64,000 bases of DNA, from NCBI GenBank assembly GCA_964016885.1, contig OZ024741.1, positions 308,512,001 to 308,576,000 of the forward strand, in the 5' to 3' direction. A program made the position numbers and the translations under genes. This stretch comes from Eledone cirrhosa. Taxonomy: Eukaryota. Under the pieces are notes generated by a model, which saw only the letters and a list, made by a program, of their open reading frames with translations, was not told the origin of the DNA and ran no database searches. Position 1 is the stretch's first letter. Each line of letters starts with the position of its first letter. Below are positions 53,401-64,000 of this stretch, in pieces.

Positions 53401-56400
53401 TGGTGGTGTTGGTGATGGTGCTGGTATTGGAGGTGTTGTGGTGGTGGTGTTGGTGATGGTGCTGGTATTGGAGGTGTTGTTGGTGGTGGTGATGTTGATG
53501 GTGCTGGTATTGGAGGTGTTGTTGGTGGTGGTGATGGTGATGGTGCTGGTATTGGAGGTGTTGTTGGTGGTGGTGATGGTGATGGTGCTGGTATTGGAGG
53601 TGTTGTTGGTGGCGGTGATGGTGATGGTGCTGGTATTGGAGGTGGTGTTGATGGTGGTGATGGTGATGGTGCTGGTATTGGGGGTGTTGTGGTGGTGGTG
53701 ATGGTGATGGTACTGGTATTGGAGGTGGTGTTGATGGTGGTGTTGGTGATGGTATTGGAGGTGTTGTTGATGGTGCTGGTATTGGAGGTGTTGTTGATGG
53801 TGGTGTTGGTGATGGTGCTGGTATTGGAGGTGTTGTTGATGGTGGGTTGGTGATGGTGCTGGTATTGGAGGTGGTGTTGATGGTGGTGATGGTGATTGTG
53901 CTGGTATTGGAGGTGTTGTTCATAGTGGTGTTGGTGATGGTGCTGGTATTGGAGGTGGTGTTGATGGTGCTGGTATTGGAGGTGTTGTTGATGGTGGTGT
54001 TGGTGATGGTGCTGGTATTGGAGGTGGTGTTGATGGTGGTGATGGTGATGGTGCTGGTATTGGAGGTGGTGTTGATGGTGGTGTTGGTTCTGGTATTGGA
54101 GGTGTTGTTGATGGTGGTGTTGGTGATGGTGCTGGTATTGGAGGTGGTGTTGATGGTGGTGATGGTGATGGTGCTGGTATTGGAGGTGTTGTTGATGGTG
54201 GTGATGGTGATGGTGCTGGTATTGGAGGTGTTGTTGGTGGTGGTGATGGTGATGGTGCTGGTATTGGAGGTGTTGTTGATGGTGGTGATGGTGATGGTGC
54301 TGGTATTGGAGGTGTTGTGGTGGTGGTGATGGTGATGGTGATGGTGATGGTGCTGGTATTGGAGGTGTTGTTGGTGGTGGTGTTGGTGATAGTGCTGGTA
54401 TTGGACGTGTTGTTGGTGGTGGTGTTGGTGATGGTGCTGGTATTGGAGGTGTTGTTGATGGTGGTGTTGGTGATGGTGCTGGTATTGGAGGTGTTGTTGA
54501 TGGTGGGTTGGTGATGGTTCTGGTATTGGAGGTGGTGTTGATGGTGGTCATGGTGATGGTGCTGGTATAGGTGTTGTTGGTGGTGGGTTGGTGATGGTTC
54601 TGGTATTGGAGGTGATGGTGATGGTGGTGTTGGTGATGGTGCTGGTATTGGAGGTGTTGTTTGTGGTGGTGATGGTGCTGGTATTGGAGGTGTTGTTGGT
54701 GGTGGGGTTGGTGATGGTGCTGGTATTGGAGGTGTTGTTGATGGTGGTGTTGGTGATGGTTCTGGTATTGGAAGTGATGGTGATGGTGGTGTTGGTGATG
54801 GTGCTGGTATTGGAGGTGTTGTTGGTGGTGGGTTGGTGATGGTTCTGGTATTGGAGGTGATGGTGATGGTGGTGTTGGTGATGGTGCTGGTATTGGAGGT
54901 GTTGTTTGTGGTGGTGATGGTGCTGGTATTGGAGGTGTTGTTGGTGGTGGGGTTGGTGATGGTGCTGGTATTGGAGGTGTTGTTGATGGTGGTGTTGGTG
55001 ATGGTTCTGGTATTGGAAGTGATGGTGATGGTGGTGTTGGTGATGGTGCTGGTATTGGAGGTGTTGTTGATGGTGGGTTGGTGATGGTGCTGGTATTGGA
55101 GGTGTTGTTGGTGGTGGATTGGTGATGGTGCTGGTATTGGAGGTGTTGTTGATGGTGGTGATGGTGGTGGTGCTGGTATTGGAGGTGATGGTGATGGTGG
55201 TGTTGGTGATGGTGCTGGTATTGGAGGTGTTGTTGGTGGTGGTGATGGTGATAGTGGTGGTGGTGATGGTGATGGTATTGGAGGTGTTGTTGATGGTGGG
55301 TTGGTGATGGTGCTGGTATTGGAGGTGTTGTTGGTGGTGGGTTGGTGATGGTGCTGGTATTGGAGGTGTTGTTGATGGTGGTGATGGTGGTGGTGCTGGT
55401 ATTGGAGGTGATGGTGATGGTGGTGTTGGTGATGGTGCTGGTATTGGAGGTGTTGTTGGTGGTCGTGATGGTGATGGTGCTGGTATTGGAGGTGTTGTTG
55501 GTGGTGGTGATGGTGATGGTGCTGGTATTGGAGGTGTTGTTGGTGGTGGGGTTGGTGATGGTGCTGGTATTGGAGGTGTTGTTGATGGTGGTGTTGGTGA
55601 TGGTTCTGGTATTGGAAGTGATGGTGATGGTGGTGTTGGTGATGGTGCTGGTATTGGAGGTGTTGTTGATGGTGGGTTGGTGATGGTGCTGGTATTGGAG
55701 GTGTTGTTGGTGGTGGATTGGTGATGGTGCTGGTATTGGAGGTGTTGTTGATGGTGGTGATGGTGGTGGTGCTGGTATTGGAGGTGATGGTGATGGTGGT
55801 GTTGGTGATGGTGCTGGTATTGGAGGTGTTGTTGGTGGTGGTGATGGTGATAGTGGTGGTGGTGATGGTGATGGTATTGGAGGTGTTGTTGATGGTGGGT
55901 TGGTGATGGTGCTGGTATTGGAGGTGTTGTTGGTGGTGGGTTGGTGATGGTGCTGGTATTGGAGGTGTTGTTGATGGTGGTGATGGTGGTGGTGCTGGTA
56001 TTGGAGGTGATGGTGATGGTGGTGTTGGTGATGGTGCTGGTATTGGAGGTGTTGTTGGTGGTCGTGATGGTGATGGTGCTGGTATTGGAGGTGTTGTTGG
56101 TGGTGGTGATGGTGATGGTGCTGGTATTGGAGGTGTTGTTGGTGGTGGTGATGGTGATGGTACTGGTATTGGAGGTGTTGTTGTTGGTGGTGTTGGTGAT
56201 GGTGCTGGTATTGGAGGTGGTGTTGATGGTGGTGATGGTGATGGTGCTGGTATTGGAGGTGTTGTTGGTGGTGGTGATGGTGATGGTGCTGGTGCTGGTA
56301 TTGGAGGTGCTGTTGATGGTGGTGATGATGATGGTGCTGGTATTGGAGGTGTTGTTGGTGATGGTGATGATGATGGTGCTGGTATTGGAGGTGTTGTTGG

Positions 56401-56530
56401 TGGTGGTGATGATGATGGAGGTGTTGTTGATGGTGGTGATGGTGACGGTCCTGGTATTGGAGGTGTTGTTGGTGGTGGTGATGGTGATGGTGCTGGTATT
56501 GGATGTGTTGGTGATGGTGGTGTTGGTGAT
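47470..56530. repeat. ~9-kb satellite of mainly 42-bp (and 57-bp) units anchored by GTGCTGGTATTGGAGGTG
   Basis: Unit A GTGCTGGTATTGGAGGTGTTGTTGGTGGTGGTGATGGTGATG, unit B GTGCTGGTATTGGAGGTGTTGGTGATGGTGGTGTTGGTGATG. Confidence 0.97.
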
Positions 56531-57294
56531 GGTTATGAAGGTGATGGTGGCGGTGGTAGTGAGGTTGGTGATAGTGATTCCTTCTGGTGTTGTGTATTTA
56601 GAACGCTGATATGATTTACAATCTGGGGTGCTACAGTTGCAACGTAACTTGTTTCCCCTCCTCCTCCCGCTCTCCTATAACTCCTGTCCTCGCCCTTACT
56701 GCTACCAACACCACTACCCTCACCAGCAACAACGGCAGTATCACCAACAACACCACCACCAACAACAACAGCAATTATGCCACGACCACCAACAACAACA
56801 ATAACAATAACACCATTATCAACATCTCCAACAACAACACCAACACCATCCTCAACAGCAATACCACCAATGCCCCCACCACCACCAAAACCACCAACAA
56901 CTCCACTATCAACACCAGCAACAACACCAACAACACCAACACCACTATTACCTCAACCGCACCGACCACCACCTCCACTGCCTCAGTTTCATTGCAGAAA
57001 TCTTAGTGTTGCCATGGTAATTAAGGTTTCCTGTGCCATCATTAGTAGAACGTAAGATGATGACTGGTTGCTAAGCTGGCCGTGTAATGCTCCCAATTCG
57101 TCGTTATGTTCATCCTCATCCCAACACATATACCTCATTGTTCTGTGGGGCATTAAGGAGGTTTAGTGGATTAAGATCAAGAAAACTGTAGCAAAGGAGC
57201 TACATAAATTGACAGATATATATACGAGTATATATATATATATATATATATAAATATATTTATATATATATTATATTAATATATATATATATAT

Positions 57295-57464
<170 letters not shown>

Positions 57465-57573
57465 CAGGGTGTCCTCCGAAAATGTATACACACTTCAACA
57501 CTTCAACAGCATTCAAATAAATATTGCCTGTACAGGTAATGAAAATGTGAATACATTTTTGGGGGACACGCTA
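57465..57573. mobile_element. Small Tc1/mariner-type MITE in a TA tract
   Basis: CAGGGTGTCCTCCGAAAATGTATACACA / TGTGAATACATTTTTGGGGGACACGCTA. Confidence 0.75.
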
Positions 57574-58015
57574 TATATATCAGAAAGTTATTTGTTCCTA
57601 ATATAGTCAGACGTCTCAATGAAAAGATGAAATATCAACTCTAGGAAGAAATCAAACATATTAAACTTAAGCCAAAATCACGATTGATGGGATATAACTT
57701 AGGCATATGTTCATTTAGTAGTTCAATGACACAGGTTTCGACGTTGGCATGGTCTGTATGCTAGCTACTCAATATTTTCTCTACTGCCAAAGAATTTCCA
57801 CCCTGAACATGGAATAATTCTTCCAATATTGGTTATCTTAATTTATTGAGATAAATGATGTTGTTTCTTAATACCAGAAACTGCAGTTAGGAATATTATG
57901 AGTGAAACTGACTTATTCTAGTTTGTCTAACATATATTCCCCAATGGAGTTTAATATATTTAATAGTTTAATATATATGTATATATATGTGTGTATGTGT
58001 GCGCGTGTGTGTGTG

Positions 58016-58287
58016 TCCCGGGTTCAATCGGGGGTAACCACAGCAAGTAAGGTACTCAATACATAGCAAAGTATAAATATTTAATATAGAAGTGGCTTCT
58101 ACAGGACTAGAGCTGTTTCATTCGAAGGAAATCACCAGGAAAGCCCTGATGACTTCCTTCGAATGAAACAGTTCTAGTCCTGTAGAAGCCATTTCTATAT
58201 TCAATATATATATATATATATAACAAATTTAATATCGAAATGGCTTCTACAGGACTACAACTATTTCATTCGAAATCATCAAGAAAG
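58016..58287 (-). mobile_element. Penelope-type pLTR fragment with HHR palindrome (58081-58204) and a third degenerate HHR copy
   Basis: Homologous to 4822-5013; cores CTGGTGA (-) and CTGATGA (+ 58146). Confidence 0.75.
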
Positions 58288-58301
58288 TTCGTACAGCAGA
58301 C

Positions 58302-58427
58302 CACCCAGACCAGGTGATATAGCACTCATGCAGTCAGTCATTACCTCCCGCATTTCGGCGGCTGGTATCGGTTTTTCGTGGGAGGCAATGACTGACTGCA
58401 TGAGTGGTATGTCACCTGGTTTGGGTG
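58302..58427. other. 50-bp GC-rich hairpin, 26-nt loop
   Basis: 58302-58351 vs 58378-58427, 45/50 Watson-Crick. Confidence 0.9.
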
Positions 58428-58744
58428 ATTAGCCCTACGAGCTTTACGCTGACCTATCAGACTGTTCAGCGATCTCTTGGTAGGCGTCCACTGCAACTGG
58501 CAACAGAACGAAAGAATTGAAAGTTCTGTGAGCCAAAGAGAGGGGGGGGTGCTGCTGAGAGCGGTGGTGCTGTGGAGCCCTGATCAACTTTTATCAATCG
58601 AAAGTTTCCGATAGGGTCAACCATCACTCGGTCAACCTTGTCCTATTTACTTCGACCGTGGTGGCAGTTGACTATGTCTATATATTTCTCTTTCTCGGGC
58701 GAAAGGCCTAAATAACATTATTTTTTCTTTTCGGCATTACTTAC

Positions 58745-58840
58745 CTGCACAATCTTTCCTACACCTGCTAATTATATTTTTGTCCCAGCTTGGAACCAGT
58801 ATCGTCACAAGCATTGTCATCAGATCTTGACCGGCGTTCT
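58745..58840 (-). CDS. Candidate 96-bp internal exon of an unidentified host gene
   Basis: ttacag| ... CAG|gtaagt; length divisible by 3; single open frame (E)NAGQDLMTMLVTILVPSWDKNIISRCRKDCA; no homology recognised. Confidence 0.4.
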
Positions 58841-59649
58841 CTGTAACACTATAACTGCATTTAGGTTTTTTTTCGCTTTGATTTTGTAATATGGCTTAAT
58901 AGAAAAGAAAGAACAACACCTATTAAGTTTTTGCAGGGTTTCCGAAATTCCAAAACTGGTAGGGAGAAAAGGAAGTATGGGATATTGAAGTAGGAAGCAA
59001 ATTGGCAGAATTGTTAGAGCATCAGATTATGCCTGGCAACATCTGTTAAGACTTTCTGCATTCTGAGTTAATTTTCATCATTTTCTGTTTGATAAATAAA
59101 ACTATTAGTTGAAGGTAGTGGAATGACAGAATTGTTAGAACTGCAGTAAATTCTGACTTCAAATCCCTGCAACATATAGTTACAGCCCTTCATGTTTGGG
59201 TTTTGTATCCTGTTGAGATTAGTTTTGCTTTTTATCCTTCTGAGGTCGATAAAATGAAGTATGTCTAGCATTGGGGTCAATATAATTGACTTTGCACTTA
59301 CTCAACTTAGCCCTGTACCTAAATTGGAAATCATTACCAAAACACCAAAAGTAACCTCGTCTGAAATGCAGCCTTATAGAAGTGAGGCTAAACCAAAGTA
59401 GTTGTGAGAGCAATAACAATAACGCTATGGTACAAAACTGATTTTAAGCGTTAATATTTATCTTGCAATCATCCATTATGATTTTATGTAAAAATCTTTG
59501 TTAAGTTATGTTCCAAACATCAGCTTAATAATGGGGAGCTTATATTATAGGCAATGGCTTTCTTTAGAAATCTAGTAAGGAAATGGTTAAAGTATTCCTG
59601 AAGAAGAGCCAGTAGTGATAAACAAAACAACAGATTAAATATGAAATAT

Positions 59650-59937
59650 TCTTCTTCATCTTCGCCCACTTATTTCTGAGGGTCACGTGGGGGCAGGTCC
59701 TGTGAGAATCAACCATCTCCAACTGATCTGACCAGCCAAGCTCATGGATGTTATCCAACTATCTGGCTCAGGGTCTACCCCTGGCTCTCTTGTCGGTTGG
59801 TTTTGCCCATAAAATCTGTGCAGTGATTCTTTCCTCAGACATTCTAACAAGATGTAAATAGTATCGGCGCTGTGATCTCTCAATTCAGAAAAGTAGCGGC
59901 TCTACTTGGAGTGACTCTCTCATCTCTGAGTTATGCA
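59650..59937 (-). mobile_element. RTE LINE 3' end with short (GAA) tail
   Basis: Similar to 18660-18910. Confidence 0.8.
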
Positions 59938-59956
59938 CTTTATTGTATATTCAGTT

Positions 59957-60316
59957 GATTGGCAGTATCAGTAGAGGGTCTGACGCCATGCTTTTCAGCA
60001 TAGAGTTACATCTCTTTACATTCTGAGTTCAAATCCGGCCGAGGTTAACTTTGCCTTTCATCCTTATGGAAATCGATAAAATAAAGTACCAGTAATGAAC
60101 TGGAACAATTGCTGGCCTTTTGCCAAAAGTAGAAACAATTTTACTGTGGTGGATTGGCAGTATTGGTAGAGCATCGGATACCATGCGGATACGCTCTGAG
60201 TTCAAATCCCACCAAGGTTAGCTTTGCCTTTCATCCTTACAGGGTCGATAAGATAAAGTACCAGTAATACACTAGGGTAATTGCTGGCCTTGTGTCAAAA
60301 GTAGTAACAACTATTA
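59957..60316 (+). mobile_element. Two tandem OK-like SINEs
   Basis: Box A/B and body match; older copies at ~59000-59335. Confidence 0.88.
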
Positions 60317-60735
60317 TATTTTAAAAAAAGGAAGCAAAATAACAAGTTGAGAAAACAAGCAGGAATAGTTTTATAATTTATTTAGATTTCTGAAAAGTAT
60401 TTTTATAAATTAAAACTTCAAGATTTAAAAACATACACAGCAAGGGGAAATCTTTTGTTTGTTTATTTAGTTGTTTTTTTTTATTATATTTTTTTCTGAT
60501 ACATTATTGTTATTATTATTATTAATGTTGTCGATATTCATATTATCATCATTATTATTATTCAGTTTTCTTCCTTCCTTTTTTTATTATATATTTTTTT
60601 CAGAAATTCTTCAAAATATCTTGTAGAATGTGGTGGAACCAGCTATCATAATGGGTTGATAAACAGTTATATATATGTACATATATATATACATACACAC
60701 ACAGACACGCATATATATATATATACATACATGTG

Positions 60736-60778
<43 letters not shown>

Positions 60779-60785
60779 TTATATT

Positions 60786-60819
<34 letters not shown>

Positions 60820-61041
60820 TATTTATATATATGCTTACACATGTATTACTAAACACACATGTATATACATGTGCAGAAATGCATATATATGAAGAAATGA
60901 AGCCAGGATACAGCAGGAACCTATCATTTTTATACAACCATCCAAACACACACACATACACACATATATATACATATATATATGCACATATGTGTATATC
61001 AAAAACTAAAGGATAGATTTTTGTATTTGTATATGGGTGTT

Positions 61042-61094
<53 letters not shown>

Positions 61095-61199
61095 GCATGT
61101 GTATTTATTAAAAATGTAATAAATATGTGAAATGTCTCTCATTCTCTCATACATCTTTTGTTTCCACACAGATGAGTGTATATATATATATATATTTAT

Positions 61200-61245
<46 letters not shown>

Positions 61246-61272
61246 CCACACACATACCTTTATATATAAAAG

Positions 61273-61350
<78 letters not shown>

Positions 61351-61442
61351 TTTATATATACATATATGTATATATATATATATATACACATGCATATATA
61401 TATATATACATATATGTATATATATATATGTATATATATCCG

Positions 61443-61508
<66 letters not shown>

Positions 61509-61617
61509 TGATTTATGTAGTATATTGTTTTATTAAGAAAGGAAACCTTTGATGAAATAAACAAAAAAACAAAATAAAACAGGATATGATGGTGAAATGA
61601 CTTAGGAGAGGAAATAC

Positions 61618-61649
<32 letters not shown>

Positions 61650-61903
61650 GTGTCTATGCATCTGTATATATATATATATATGTGTCTATGCATCTGTATA
61701 TATATATATATATGTGTGTGTATATATATATATACATATATACATACAGATATATATATATTTATATATATATATATATATACATATATATATGTGTATG
61801 TGTGTGTGTGTGTTTATATATATATATGTGTGTGTTTGTGTGTACATTTATGTGTGTGTGCATACATATATTCACATAGACACAAACATACATATTTCCA
61901 TAT

Positions 61904-61938
<35 letters not shown>

Positions 61939-62288
61939 CACACACGTGTGTATGAAATGTGTGTATAAACACACATGACCATTTTACCATTTTTTTAAAA
62001 AACTTGGATGTTGTTTTTTTTATTATTTCTCTTATGAAAAAAAATTAATAGACAGCGAAGTAGAAATCCAAATGAAGAATTTTATCGTCGGCACTCAGGA
62101 AAAAGGAAAGATGGTCGATAAAAAAAGAATATTTTTCTCAGAATATTCTTTTCAGTATTGCAAAAAAAAATATATATATGTAATAATTAAAAAAAATTCG
62201 AAAAAATAATATAAAGGAAAAAAAAAATTAATTAATTAATCATTTCATAATAATGAAAATAAAATGGATAAAATGTTAAAAGAATATC

Positions 62289-62326
<38 letters not shown>

Positions 62327-62500
62327 TCTTTGCTTTTGGGGTGTGGGAATTCTTGTAAAGTTTTCATATAAAGATATTTTGTCTGGTATGAAATTGGTTT
62401 ATAATCTCCCGTTGTATTTATTTATTTAGTTAGTTATATAATTATGATATATAATGATCATATACATATATATATATATATATGTGTGTGTATGTGTATG

Positions 62501-62552
<52 letters not shown>

Positions 62553-62789
62553 GCATGTGTGTATACATGTACATACATAACACAAACATACACAAGCAGC
62601 TATATTTATATATATATATATTTATAGCTGCTTGTGTATGTTTGTGTTATAGATGCCTTGTATGTAATTTATGTCCAGTGATTGCAGAAGAGAGAAGGGT
62701 TGGAGGCCAAATGGCAAACTATGCAAACAGACAAACAAAACAAAAACAAACCAAAACAAAAAAATTTGTACAACAAAAAAAAAAAGTTC

Positions 62790-62830
<41 letters not shown>

Positions 62831-63203
62831 TAATAATATATGTATTATATACATTATTTTTCTGGTCATACACATTGAATCAAGGTGGGGGCACCTTGTT
62901 ATGTTGGACATTGGTCTGTGTTTATAATATGTAATATTTATATACATATTATATATTACATATAATATATAATATGTAATATTTATATACATATGGAGTT
63001 TAAACGGTCCTGCTACAAAAACTGATCAATTGTAGTGTAGAAGATGAATTAGATTGATATACCTCGTTTGTGACTGTATAAGAGAGGGAGGAGACTGACG
63101 GGGGGAGATGAGATGAAGAGGGATTGGCAGATTCTCTGTGTTGTGTCATTGATAATGATCAGGGATCACCTAACAAGTGATATATGCATACATACATATA
63201 TAC

Positions 63204-63280
<77 letters not shown>

Positions 63281-63284
63281 CACA

Positions 63285-63321
<37 letters not shown>

Positions 63322-63505
63322 GGAGAGGGAGAGAGAAAATTATATATACATATATATACATATATATATATATACATACATATATATACATATATACACA
63401 TATATATAAATATATATAATTATAAGTATATATATAAATATACAAATATAAATACATATATAGAGATATATAAACATATACTTATATATATATATATGAT
63501 ATAAG

Positions 63506-63537
<32 letters not shown>

Positions 63538-63801
63538 TTTATCTCATATTCTTTGAGGCTGGTTACAGCTGCTCATTTCTCATAAAATATTCTGGAATGT
63601 TTTAATTATTTGCAATGACTTGCATTAGGTTTCCTTCTATTATACATTGTTGCTATTTCAATAGTTGTTGCTGTTGTTGTTGTTATTTCTTCTATTGTTG
63701 GTGCTATATTCTGTGTATACGTCTGTGGAATGTTTTGCAAAAAAATTGGAGAACGAATTAAAGAATTACAACAACAGCAGCATATGAATGAAAATTGGTG
63801 C

Positions 63802-63860
<59 letters not shown>

Positions 63861-64000
63861 ATGTATATATATATATATACCTATATATATGTATTTTTAC
63901 ATATATTTGTGTATATGTATATATATATATGTATGTATGCAAAAGTTAAACAGGAATAACAAAACAAACGGCACAATACATGGAAGAAATATATTATTTT

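Noticed and set aside
47462-53923. 2153-aa minus-strand ORF (mucin/His-rich appearance)
   Set aside because: The satellite has almost no stops in any minus frame, and the translation switches among three repeat frames
56533-56950. Open Gly/Val-rich minus-strand frame
   Set aside because: No start codon or acceptor; mostly low-complexity sequence

Overview
AT-rich eukaryotic DNA saturated with microsatellites; the tRNA-derived SINE consensus and repeat landscape suggest a coleoid cephalopod (Octopus-like), which is an inference. Nearly all long ORFs in the track are translated simple repeats. Real protein-like segments are transposable element relics: RTE LINEs, restriction-endonuclease LINEs (CRE-, R4/Dong- and HERO-like), two Penelope GIY-YIG fragments, mariner and Chapaev3 transposases, and several MITEs. 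There is a ~9 kb 42-bp-unit GGT-derived satellite at 47.5-56.5 kb. The main signal not visible in the ORF track is about ten type-I hammerhead ribozyme (HHR) motifs from several families. Some have intact cores and stem covariation, two lie 3' of Penelope ORFs, and three sit in fold-back palindromes whose apex is at the same point of the ribozyme. A few candidate minus-strand host exons occur at 39-63 kb, one overlapping a 50-bp hairpin with ADAR-type A.C mismatches; these are low confidence. All folds and alignments were done by eye and no database search was run.
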